Shown here: in pieces, positions 9,139-19,536 of the stretch
Layout of the letters: each line of letters begins with the position of its first letter
How positions within the stretch are numbered: position 1 is the first letter of the stretch
NCBI RefSeq assembly: GCF_006345805.1
Contig: NW_021823675.1
Span: 1 to 21,593, forward strand
Length of the DNA: 21,593 nt
Origin: Octopus sinensis
Lineage: Eukaryota
Direction of reading: 5' to 3'
Made by a program: the position numbers and the translations under genes
The notes under the pieces: generated by a model
What the model was told of the DNA's origin: nothing
Seen by the model: the letters and a program-made list of their open reading frames with translations, nothing else
Database searches by the model: none

Positions 9139-9143
<5 letters not shown>

Positions 9144-9192
<49 letters not shown>
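9144..9192. repeat. (TA)n microsatellite
   Basis: Direct reading. Confidence 0.97.
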
Positions 9193-9244
9193 AATATTCA
9201 TGCGCATTCAGAGATCTACACACACATATAAATAGTGTAATCTC

Positions 9245-9720
9245 TTCTTTAATTCTTTTACTTGTTTGAGTCATTGGACTGCAGCCTTGCTGGAGTGCCA
9301 TCTCAAAAGCCGAAGAAATTTACATCTAGGTTTATTTTTTGTAAGACTGGTACATATTTTATTGAACGCTTTTGCCGAGCAGCTATGTTAAGGCGGGCGT
9401 AAAAGACCTGCTGTGAAACTATGAACGGGTAACAAACATAGTCACACAGACACACACACACACACACACACACACACGACACACACACACACTCACACAC
9501 AGACTCACGTACACACTCACGCACACACACACTCACACACACATATGTATATATATATATATAACGGACTTCCTTCGGGTCCGTCTACAATACCCACTCA
9601 CAAGTCTTTGCTCAGCCCGAGGCTATAGTAGAAGACACTTTCCCAGGTTGCCATGCAGGGAAACTAAACCTGGATCTATGTGCTTGCGGAGCAAGTTTCT
9701 TAACACATATACACGCCTAT
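9245..9720 (-). mobile_element. tRNA-head SINE family 1 with internal CA/TA microsatellite, diverged copy
   Basis: Reverse-complement homology to the clearer plus-strand copy at 13363-13740. Confidence 0.85.
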
Positions 9721-9984
9721 GCATGTGTGTTTATGTATAAGTCTATAAATAGGATGAACAAGACAAACCAATGTTTAAATAATAGTTCTTACGTGCGTGT
9801 AACAACGTTATGGTTGCTTGGAACCAAATGCTCTCCGACAAATGACTGTCAGGAACAACCTTATACAATTAAGTTGCATAGTTATAGAAACTTGAGAGAG
9901 ATGGAAAAATAAATCATATATACGTGTGTGTGTGTGTATAAATGTTAAATCTTAAAAGAAAAGTACAAAAATTGATTTATCTAT

Positions 9985-10082
9985 TCGCATTCTGAGTTCC
10001 TTTCCTGTCAAACTACACTTTGCCTTTCATTTCTCAGAGGTGCTGAAGTCCAATTAGTCGACTGACCACTTCCCCCACAAAA
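9985..10082 (+). mobile_element. Degenerate SINE family 2 fragment
   Basis: ttctgagttc...ctttgcctttcat...tcgactgaccacttccccc resembles 14380-14495. Confidence 0.55.
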
Positions 10083-10288
10083 CACAACCACTGGCATTCT
10101 ACCTAACCCAGAAACCACTTTATAGGCGGCAATCTAGGATTTTAGGACAAAAAATTGCTACGCGGCGTCATATGTAATCATGTATGGTTATATACATATG
10201 CATCAGGTTATATTTACATACACAAGTACGCACAAATATATGTTGTGTATGAGTGTGTGTGCAATGAGTGTGTGTATGTATGTACGTT

Positions 10289-10329
<41 letters not shown>

Positions 10330-10440
10330 ATATAAATGTACATGCGAGCGTGTGTCTACATCTGTGTGTGAATACATGCACATGTGTACGAGGCGAAACA
10401 TTCACACACACACATATATAAATATATATACATATATATA

Positions 10441-10780
10441 TATTCATACGCATTTATATATATACACACACGCATGCGCACACACACATATAAAGGTGTA
10501 TTCTTATTCTTTAAATTCCTTTACGTGTTGAAGTCATTTGCCCACGGTCATGCTGGAGCACCATATCAAAAGCCTTGAAGCCCAATGAATTGACGTCAGG
10601 GCTTATTCTTAGTAAGCGAATTACTTATTTTATTGGCCGCTTTTGCCGAACTGCAATGTTAAGGAGGGGGCGTAAAAAAACTACTGTCAAGATATGAATG
10701 CGTAACAAACATAGTCGCAAAGACAGAAACACACACACACACAAACAAACTTACACACACACACACACCCACAATACATT

Positions 10781-10830
<50 letters not shown>

Positions 10831-11293
10831 TTTATATATATATATATATATATATACATATATATATGTATATAAAGAACTTCTTTCGGTTTCCGTCTAC
10901 CAAATCCACTCGTAAGGTTTTGGTCGGCCCGAGGCTAAAGTAGAAGAGATTTTCCCAAATTGACATGCAGTGAAACTGAACCTGGAACTATCTGCTTGCG
11001 AAGCATGTTTCTTACCACATAGCCACGCCAGTACATATGTATTTATGTATAAGTCTATATATAGGATGAACAGGACAAACAAATATTTGAATAATAATTC
11101 TGACGTGAGTGTAACAGCGTTATGGTTGCTTGGAACAAAATGCTCACCGACAATTGATCGTCAGGAACGACGTTATTCTGTTAAGTTGCATAATTATAGA
11201 AATATATAGAGAGAGGGAAAAATTAATCATATATACGTGTGTGTGTAGATACAAATGTTAAATCTTAAAAGAAAAGTAACAAAAATTGATTTA
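10441..11293 (+). repeat. Old segmental duplicate of 9195-9979 (SINE plus unique flank)
   Basis: Colinear similarity extends beyond the SINE, e.g. gcgttatggttgcttggaacaaaatgctc and aaatgttaaatcttaaaagaaaagta. Confidence 0.93.
10501..11035 (-). mobile_element. tRNA-head SINE family 1 (inside the duplicate)
   Basis: Homology to 9245-9720 and 13363-13740. Confidence 0.85.
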
Positions 11294-11594
11294 CCTCTAT
11301 AACGCCGGCTCCAAATATGACTTCAGTTTCAATTTTTGAAAGAATTTAAATAAGATTTATCCACTAATCTGAATATTCTATTGCCTCATATAAGTCTTTG
11401 TCTCACGTTCCAGCTGCTATCCGAAAAGAATACTGAATGAAATACCCAGTTGTAATAATTCTCTATTTTTTTTAAAAGGAGAGTGGCAGTATTTTCCGTT
11501 GATGTATGTGATTGGCTGCAATTCTTTAATATCCGGAAAATAAATCCATTTTCCAGCTATTCACCATTCCTACAAGTCAAGTGTTGAAATGGTC

Positions 11595-11710
11595 CCTGTG
11601 CAACATGAGATGAAGTGTTTTGCGCACAATACATCTCTCGTTCCAGTATCTGAAATCACGACCTTGTTATCGTGAGTAGCACCCTTAACCACGATTTCAT
11701 GTGTCCTCGA
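11595..11710 (-). mobile_element. Degenerate tRNA-like SINE head
   Basis: Minus strand resembles gtggaggc..tggttagggtg..gatcgtggtttcgattcc, like the head at 21040-21115. Confidence 0.5.
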
Positions 11711-12512
11711 CTTCTATTATATTACCAAAACTTTATTTTTCATATATCCTGGCAACACCCAGAGAATATTCTTATCTACTTGACGCTTTTCTAAAACAAA
11801 CGCCATTGTTTTTATCGATGATTGTGATGGCGATATCTGCTCAAAGACACGACCTCATCTCTCTTGTTACTAAAATGTAAACCCGACGAATTTCCCTCCT
11901 TTCCCAGAAAATATTTCAGTTGGTTGTAAAGTATGCTTGTTTTTCACTGATGACAAGACTATGATTAGAGACGTTCGGTCATGATCATCCCGTCGATTTT
12001 CTTCTATTGCAATGTGTGTTGTGTTCTTTCCGGGGTTAAGACGATAGGGTGTGAGACAATGGAATATCATAGTCTCAAATGCTTACGATAGGTCTGGTAG
12101 CGCAAATGTACAAGTAATGGACATTCATTAGTCCTGAAACCTACATCTACAATAATTATTGTAATACATCACATGATGTGGATGTTAATTTTCATAGATC
12201 TTTCCGAAATATAAGCTCCAACTTACTATCAAGATGAAGCATCAATTTATTAAATGACATCTAGGACTGAATTATTCTGCTACTAGCAGAAGAATGAAAG
12301 CGATATTCTACGTGGTTTACTCGCCATGTGTGTTTAGTATATTGTAACTTTCATGTACAAGGGTTATCTCAAGTACAACATACCCTCAAATGTTTAGGGG
12401 CGTCCGGTTCACCCTGTGTAACTTGCCGCAGGACTTCCGCATCATATGCAGGTGCTACCGGGTAAAGACGGTACTCACTCCTTAAGTTGTTCATGCGAGC
12501 ATCCGCATACCA

Positions 12513-13015
12513 ATTTATTATTTTTCCATATAAACACAACAGTTTAGATTGTTGGAAACATTTTCCTACGTCGGGTTACATCAAGTAACCCTAGATGTCA
12601 AGACTTTCCTAAATATCCTTGCTGTCCCTAATATCACTTTTCCGGAGCTGCACAAAACTTGGTTTAATGCTTATTTCGTCATCCATTTCTTCATATCTTT
12701 AGGAATAGATCTTAGAGCACCTATGGCTACTGGAATAAATCTTACCTGCGCTTCCCATAGTCCCTGTAACTCAATGACTAGGTTCTGGCACTTTGCTATT
12801 TTTGCTATACCTCTTATATTGATTTTTTTTTGTTCATTATTTGTGATTGTAAAGTCAATTACCTAGCGCTTTCTATTCTTTTTGCTAATACTAAATCAGG
12901 GTTTCTAGTTTCTGTTGCTCGGTTAGTCTGAGTGTTAAAATGCCACATCTTATACTTCTTACTTTGTAGCATTTTACTAGGTTCATGTTTACCATACCAT
13001 TTATCAGTATCAACG
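12513..13015 (-). mobile_element. Old 5'-truncated R4/Dong LINE, subfamily C 3' end
   Basis: Minus strand reads DKWYGKHEPSKMLQSKKYKMWHFNTQT..NPDLVL..VIDF..ELQGLWEAQVRFIPVAIGAL..ILGTARIFRKVL, then a short 3'UTR and an AATAAT remnant. Confidence 0.85.
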
Positions 13016-13159
13016 CTAAGGTATAATATATACTTTTATGTGGCTTTGGGGAGTGGCATGAAACGGATTTCTTCTATTTGTCTGTATTTCAATTTCTCGT
13101 GTAACGAACAATTCCTTTAACGAACATGGCTCAGAAAGGATTATGTGTATATATAGAGA

Positions 13160-13345
13160 TGCCACTGGTTTGAGAAGTTTTGAGTCGAACTAATTGACCT
13201 CTGTACTTCATTTTTTAAGCCTGGTACTTATTTTATTGGAGTATATTGGTGAACCACTAAGTTACCGGAACGTAAAAACACCAACACATGTCGCCAAGCG
13301 GTTGTGGGGTACAAACACAGACACAGACATACACACACACACACT
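13160..13345 (-). mobile_element. SINE family 1, 3' half of an older copy split by a nested insertion
   Basis: Reverse complement of ~13545-13700. Confidence 0.85.
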
Positions 13346-13362
13346 GATACAGACATACATGT

Positions 13363-13740
13363 ATAGGCACAGGAATGGATGTATGGTAAGAAGATTACTT
13401 CCCAACCACATGGTTCCGGGTTCAGTCCCACTGCGTGACACCTTAGCTGAGTGTCTTCTAATAGAGCCCCGGTCTTTCCAAAGCCTTGTGAGTGGATTTG
13501 GTAGATGGAAACTCAAATAAGAACGTTGTATGTGTGTGTGTGTGTGTATTTGTGTGTCTATATTTATCCCTCCACCATCCCTTGACAACCGATGTTGGTG
13601 TGTTTACGTTCCTGTTAACCAGCGGTTCGGCAGAATAAGTACTAGGCTTACAAAAATTAAGTCCTAGTCTCGATTTGTTCTATTAAAGGCAGAGCTCCAA
13701 CAAGGCCGCAGTCAAATGACTGAAACAAGTAAAAGAATAG
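13363..13740 (+). mobile_element. SINE family 1, full-length copy
   Basis: Box A-like TGGATGTATGGT, box B-like GGGTTCAGTCCC (13418-13429), internal (TG)n, tail gactgaaacaagtaaaagaata. Confidence 0.9.
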
Positions 13741-13900
13741 TCACGATATGCTTCTTTCCGTTTCCATCTACCAAATCCACTCCTGAAGATTTTGAGAGTC
13801 CAATGGCTACAGTAGAAGACATGTGCGTAGTGTGTCACGCAGTGGAACTGAACCCGAAACCAGATTTGGAAGCAAGCATCTTACGACACAGCCGCGCCTA
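13741..13900 (-). mobile_element. SINE family 1, 5' head of the older split copy
   Basis: Reverse complement of ~13365-13520. Confidence 0.85.
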
Positions 13901-14044
13901 AACATGCCCACCTACACAGATAGAATCCAAGGAAACATACATAAAGATGAAACACTCTCCAAGCCGTTCACTTTATAATTTGTTAAAACCATTAACATGG
14001 TGTCCATTAGTGAGTAATGCTGTGTTTTGTTTTATTTCTCCTAC

Positions 14045-14175
14045 ACATTGATTTCAAATTTTGGCACAACACCAGCAATTTCGGGGGAGGGAGAAAGTTG
14101 ATTACATCGACCCCAGTACATAACTGATATTGATTTCATCCACCCCGAAAGGATAAGACAACCTCGGCGGAATAT
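14045..14175 (-). mobile_element. SINE family 2 fragment
   Basis: Reverse complement of 14390-14515 (tcgaccccagt, ccccgaaaggat, cctcggcggaat). Confidence 0.8.
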
Positions 14176-14339
14176 TTCTACTTAATATTTAATATTATTA
14201 CGTTCATGCATTTTTGAAATTGGGTGTTAAAACAGAAATTCTTCTATTTGGAGATGGTCGTCTGTTGCCAATGAAACACGCGCAATATATATTTGATCTT
14301 CATATTGTTATTATCATTGTTGTTGTTGTTGTTATTGGT

Positions 14340-14527
14340 ATGCCGGACGAAATGCTTAGCCTTATATCGTCTGCCGCTACGTTCTGCGTTGAAATTTCGA
14401 CGAGGTCGACTTTGCTTTTCATCCTTTCGGGGACGACAAAATTAAGTACCAGTGAAACACTGGGGTCGATATAATCGACTGGTCCCTTCCCTACAAATCT
14501 GAGGCCTTGTGCCTCCAGTAGAGAAGA
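14340..14527 (+). mobile_element. SINE family 2 copy ending in an (ATT)n tail
   Basis: gaaatgcttagc...gaggtcgactttgcttttcatcctttcgggg...gtagagaaga followed directly by (ATT)n. Confidence 0.85.
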
Positions 14528-14528
14528 A

Positions 14529-14585
<57 letters not shown>
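14528..14585. repeat. (ATT)19 shared between the SINE tail and the Dong target/tail
   Basis: Direct reading. Confidence 0.97.
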
Positions 14586-17500
14586 GTTTGACTTTTGCTT
14601 TATGTCTGTACAAGTTGGCTCCAAGTCTCACCCAGAGACCTCAAGAGACAACAGGTTGGAAGTTCTGTGCTATATATATTTGGGGTTTTTTTGGGTTTTT
14701 TGGTGTTGTACTAGTGAATGTCTAATACATAAAAATAAAATTCAAAAATAAATAAATAAATAAATAAAAAAAAATAAAAATAAAAAAAATTAAGTAAAAA
14801 AAAGTTTGTTTTAAACCTTGGGATTACATAGAGAGTATTTTGCGTAGGATATGAGCAGTTCCCATGAGCACTATCTTTTGAATTTCTGCCATTTTGGGGT
14901 TTCCTGGTATCTGAGTTAGGTAGCAATCAGTCCCTTTTGCTATCATTCCCAGGGCACCTATGACAACAGGTATTGTTTTAGTCTTCAGCTTCCACATTTT
15001 GCTGATTTCTATTTCAAGATCTTTATATTTGCTCAGTTTTTGGTAGGTCTTGACATATACGTTTATATCGATTGGAACAGTCATATCAATGAGGAGGCAT
15101 GTTCTTTGTCTGAAGTCTTTCAATATGATGTCTGGCCTATTTGCATCTATCTTCCTGTCAGTTTGAATGGTGAAGTTCCAGAGGAGTGAGATGTGGTCAT
15201 TTTCAAGCACTGGAGGTGGATTGTGTTCCCACCAGTTTTTGTCATGGGGCAAATCCAGGTTTTTGCAAATTACCCAGTGAATATATTGTGCAGCTCTATC
15301 ATGCCTGTTGAGGTACTCTGTAGGCGCTAGAAGACTGCATTTGGAGACAACATGATCAATGTTTCATTTTGTTGTCGGCATACACGACATGTTGGGCTAC
15401 TGCCGTTCTTTAATATGTTGGCCTGGTAGTTTCTTGTTGGTAGGCATTGATCTTGAGCTGCTATGATAAACCCTTCCGTTTCAGATTTTAAGCCAGAGGC
15501 CATTAGCCATTGATGGGTCAGGGCTTTGTCAATATCTGCATTATTCGCTCTCTTTGAGTATTTGCCATAGAAAGGTTTTTCTTGCCATTTATCATTCAGA
15601 ATATCTAAGGCCGCAGTTTTGGCACGGGTTTTCATGCGCCTAGCTTTTTCTGTGCTTGTTTCTTGTATGTCTATCTCTAATTCCGAAATTGGTTGTATCG
15701 GAATTCACTTAGATATTCCTTTGCCTGTTTTGTAACTGAGTATGATGCTTCTTGTTTTCATATTTTGAGACAAGTTTTAACATCCAGTCCTCAGAGTTTT
15801 CAGGTAGGTGTCTAGGCCAATTGTAGCAATCTTCATTGTTATTGCCAGTTGCAAAAGACCACGGCCTCTCCTCTTTTCTTGGCAGATAGAGTCGTTCTGT
15901 ATCTGCCTTAGGGTGGTGCATTCTATGCATTGTCAACAGTTTCCTTATTTTTCTGTCAAGATTACATATTTCAGTAATTGAACAGTTAACAATATTGAAA
16001 CTGTAAGTCACGACTGGTATGGCTAATGCATTGATCGCTTCGATCCTGTTTCTTGCATTCAGCTCTGTCTTGAGTATTGCTCTCACTCTTCGACAGCATT
16101 CTCTCCTGATCCTTTCCTTCATCTCTGAATGCCTTATTCCGTTCCCTTCAATTACCCCTAGGTATTGTAGCTCTCCGCTGGGTCTAGTTCTTTTATGACA
16201 TTCTGCTGGTCAAGGTTAACGTTAGATGTTTCTGTCATTTTTCCTTTGATAAAGGTAGCTTTTGCACATTTATCGAGGCTGAATTACATTCTGATGTCGT
16301 CACTGAATTGTTGACTATCGCTAGTAAGCCCTTGAGTTGTTGGTCATTTTTTTGCAAAAAGCTTTAAATCATCTATGTAAATGAGATGATTATATTTTTA
16401 TCAAACATTTTATACCCGTACTGCGCGTCATTGAGCAGCTTTGAGAGAGGCATTAAGGATAAACAAAAGAGGAGTGGTGACAGTGAGTCACCCTGGAAAA
16501 TGCCACACGAAATTTTTACATCCCAGCATTTAGGGATTCATTGTCACTGTTCAGAGTTAGTGTGGTTCTCCATGATCTCATACTTACACTCAAGAAGTTT
16601 CGCAGAGTAGGTGCTATCTATACATTTCCAGGCATTTCCTAATCCAGCTATGTGGTAGGCTATCAAAAGCCTTTTATAGTCTATCCAGGCTATTGATAAG
16701 TTTTGTGTCGTTGTGACAATCTTCTAAGATCATCTTATTGATGAGTAGCTGATCTTTACAACCATAGGATCCACGTTTACATCCTTTCTGTTCATTAGGG
16801 AATATGCTGCTGTCTGTCAAAAAAATTATAGGTATATTCCGTCAGGACAGATGTTAGTGTTTTATACATAGTTGTTAAACAGCTTATGGGTCTATAGTTT
16901 TTTGGTTCATTTGTTTCTTCACTTTTTGGAAGCAGGAATGTTAACCCATTAACTAGCCAAGGAGGCATCCTACTAGGGTGTGTGCAAAACATCATGTACA
17001 GTTACTGTTAGCAGTTCATGGCTCTCTGGGAAGGCATTAGCCAGAAGTTAGGAATTTTATCCTTTCCTGGAGACTTCCATTTGCTCGACCTCCTGAGAGC
17101 AGATCTTATATCTTCTACCTTGACACCCCCACTTTTGCTCTTCTAAGGGGTCCATTTCTGTAGATATTCTGTCAATCCAGGGGGCCTTTTCGTTGTATGT
17201 TTTTTCTTCTGCCCAGATTTTATTCTAAAATCTCTGCACTTCTTTTGATGGTACATACCTTGCAGTAAACGCTGTTTTTCCTATCTTCCTGTAAAAATTC
17301 TTGGTGTTATTTTTGAACATGTTGTTGTCCTTGTAAAATCTAACACGCTTTTCATACCTCGCTATGCGGGCAGCTTTGGCAGATACCTTTTGTTTGATGG
17401 TTTCTATGGTGGCATCAATATCAAGTATAGTTTTCATATTGTATTTTTTCAGTAATTTTGGGGGTTTTGTAGGTTTGGTAGTCTTGTGAGCCTTAAGGTT

Positions 17501-18716
17501 TTTCAAATATTCAATGTCAGATCTAAATATTTTAATTTGTTGTTGCAGACGCTCTTGCCAAGAAGGCTTTTTGTGGGAATGTTGCCGTTTTCTAATCTTT
17601 ACACCACATAGGATCGTTGAGATTTTCGCGGATGCACAGTATAGGTGGTTGAGGTTTGTGATCTCAACATCATTAGCTGAATTATATCCTTAAGTGCAAG
17701 CCGGATTTTACCAATTATTTTCATGTTTTGGTTAGAGTTGCGGTTTTAGGAAGTGTATCACGTCCATCCATGCTGGTTTCTTTATTTTCAGCATTCAATC
17801 ATGATTTGACTTTTTAGCTCATGTAGTCTGTTGGGTCAATATTTGTGTGACTTTCTTTATCTATTTGATGCTCATCTGTCTAGTGTTTATGATTGGTTCA
17901 GGGCGTATTTCACTTTGCCTATCACTTATACTAACTCTTTCAATCCTCACTTCGTTTTTATCAATTCTGGGCTGGTCTATAATTATTTCCTCTGTATTAT
18001 CTTCTCTAGCTGCAGCTTCGTTCATTTTATCCGATATTGCTTGTCTAACTTGATCAATTTTTTATAAGGTTTCTTCTGACGTTGGCAAGTTTGTTACTGT
18101 CTATGTAGGGTCTTACTTCAGGGTGTTTCTGTCTCCAGTTTAAGTATGCTTGTACAGTGTTAGATTTATCTGTGGGGAAATATATGGCATGGTAGAAGGC
18201 CTCAAGAACTTCTTTATTATCTTCCCTAGACCATTTTTCCTCTTTTTTCTTTTGATTATTTGGTGATGAGCATGGATAGCCATCTGTTGGAATATTCCGG
18301 TTGTGGGGTACGTCCAGCTCCTGTGTGTTTGGAAGATTTGATCCAGTAGCTGATTTTTCAATCAGAATTTGGTTCAATTTTCGGGTACGTGGTCTTTTGT
18401 AATCCGCGCAACGACCAATGCGGTTTATTGTTTGATTTGTTAACATTGAAGCACGACGAGCTTCCATTCTTATATTAGGAGATGGATCTGTCAGTTTAGG
18501 GTTCTCTACATGTAAGCATTGATCATAGCGCAGCTTCTTAAGACTAGCAGATCTATATTCGTCTGTATTTTTTTTTGTTGATAGTTTTATCTCCGAACAC
18601 TTTTTTTTCCTCCTCTTCCTTTCTTCAAGGCTCACTCTGCCTGTATTAGTTCGAAATAATGAGAATAAAATACGGAGAAGGAAAAGAAAAAAAGGGAAAA
18701 AGACGGGATCTTTCAG
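14586..18716 (-). mobile_element. Full-length (~4.1 kb) inactivated R4/Dong-clade non-LTR retrotransposon, subfamily D
   Basis: Single broken ORF with RT and restriction-like endonuclease, 3'UTR 14586-14823, (AAT)n at the 3' end and degenerate (AAT)n at the 5' end. Dong elements are established (TAA)n-specific R4-clade LINEs. Confidence 0.95.
14824..18635 (-). pseudogene. Disrupted Dong polyprotein: N-terminal Myb-like motif, RT, CCHC finger, PD-(D/E)xK endonuclease
   Basis: KWSREDNKEVLEAFY; LLPKSEETNEPKNYRPISCL; GIFQGDSLSPLLF (~16470-16505); HLIYIDDLK (~16360-16390); CRVC; NRPDIILKD..IDM..KYKDL. Multiple frameshifts and stops. Confidence 0.95.
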
Positions 18717-18800
18717 TTATTATTGTTATTACTATCACCTTCACCACAATCACCATCATCAGCAACATCACCATCACCATCATCATCATCAATGACATTG
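18717..18800. repeat. Degenerate (TTA)/(ATC)/(CAC) triplet tract
   Basis: Direct reading. Confidence 0.85.
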
Positions 18801-19424
18801 TTTTATGTGTAGCCACAGCCACTATCAACACTCCTACTGTCATTGTGTGGGAGAATGGTTGGTTAAAGAATTCATGTGCTTTGGGTCTATAAATAGATTC
18901 GGCAGATGGTGGAGACAAAGGACGTTAATGGTCAGTAAAAGGTCAAACCTGTTTACATTTATTTATTTTATTTATTTTTTCCTTTCCTTTTCTTTCTCTC
19001 ACATACATATGTATATGTATATGTATACTCACTCACACATATTATCTGATGTTTACGTCGATGATTTAAAAAAAAAATGTATATATATATCTTATGTATA
19101 TATTTTTAAAATTTCTGAATTCAGTTGTATGTATATAGTAGTAGGTGCTTAATTCAATAACTTTTTATCGTGCATTTAATTGTGTTGTTACAATAAAAGG
19201 TAATTTAAAAGGCAATTTTACACATTCTTATAGTCATGAGAGACGACTAAATGTAAATGTTCACACAGAATTGGAGATATTTATGTTTCTAATTTTTCTT
19301 GTTAGGTGTACGTTTGTATGAGCCGTAGATATGTAAGTTTTTTAACTTATTTTGATGGAAATTCAAATTACTCACAGAAAACAGTAGATCTTCCAGTTTT
19401 CTACAGTTGTCCTGCTGGGTTCGC

Positions 19425-19425
<1 letters not shown>

Positions 19426-19490
<65 letters not shown>

Positions 19491-19492
19491 TA

Positions 19493-19523
<31 letters not shown>

Positions 19524-19530
19524 CATTATT
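19426..19530. repeat. (ATT)n microsatellite
   Basis: Direct reading. Confidence 0.97.
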
Positions 19531-19536
19531 GCTATT

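Larger units (their letters stand above)
7383..9143 (+). mobile_element. Hammerhead-containing non-coding retroelement array (Penelope pLTR/retrozyme-like): inverted copy 7383-7832, then ~2.3 direct ~564-bp units 7828-9143
   Basis: Near-identical direct repeats (units 7828-8387, 8388-8951, partial 8952-9143), preceded by a reverse-complement segment. Both outer ends run into (TA)n; no ORF. Confidence 0.85.

Noticed and set aside
11890-11936. Possible 23-nt exon (cccag|...|gtatgc), plus a similar candidate near 11411-11450
   Set aside because: Weak donors, non-triplet lengths and no recognisable peptide.
12549-12866. 105-aa hydrophobic plus-strand ORF suggesting a membrane protein
   Set aside because: It is the antisense frame of the decayed Dong subfamily C endonuclease region.
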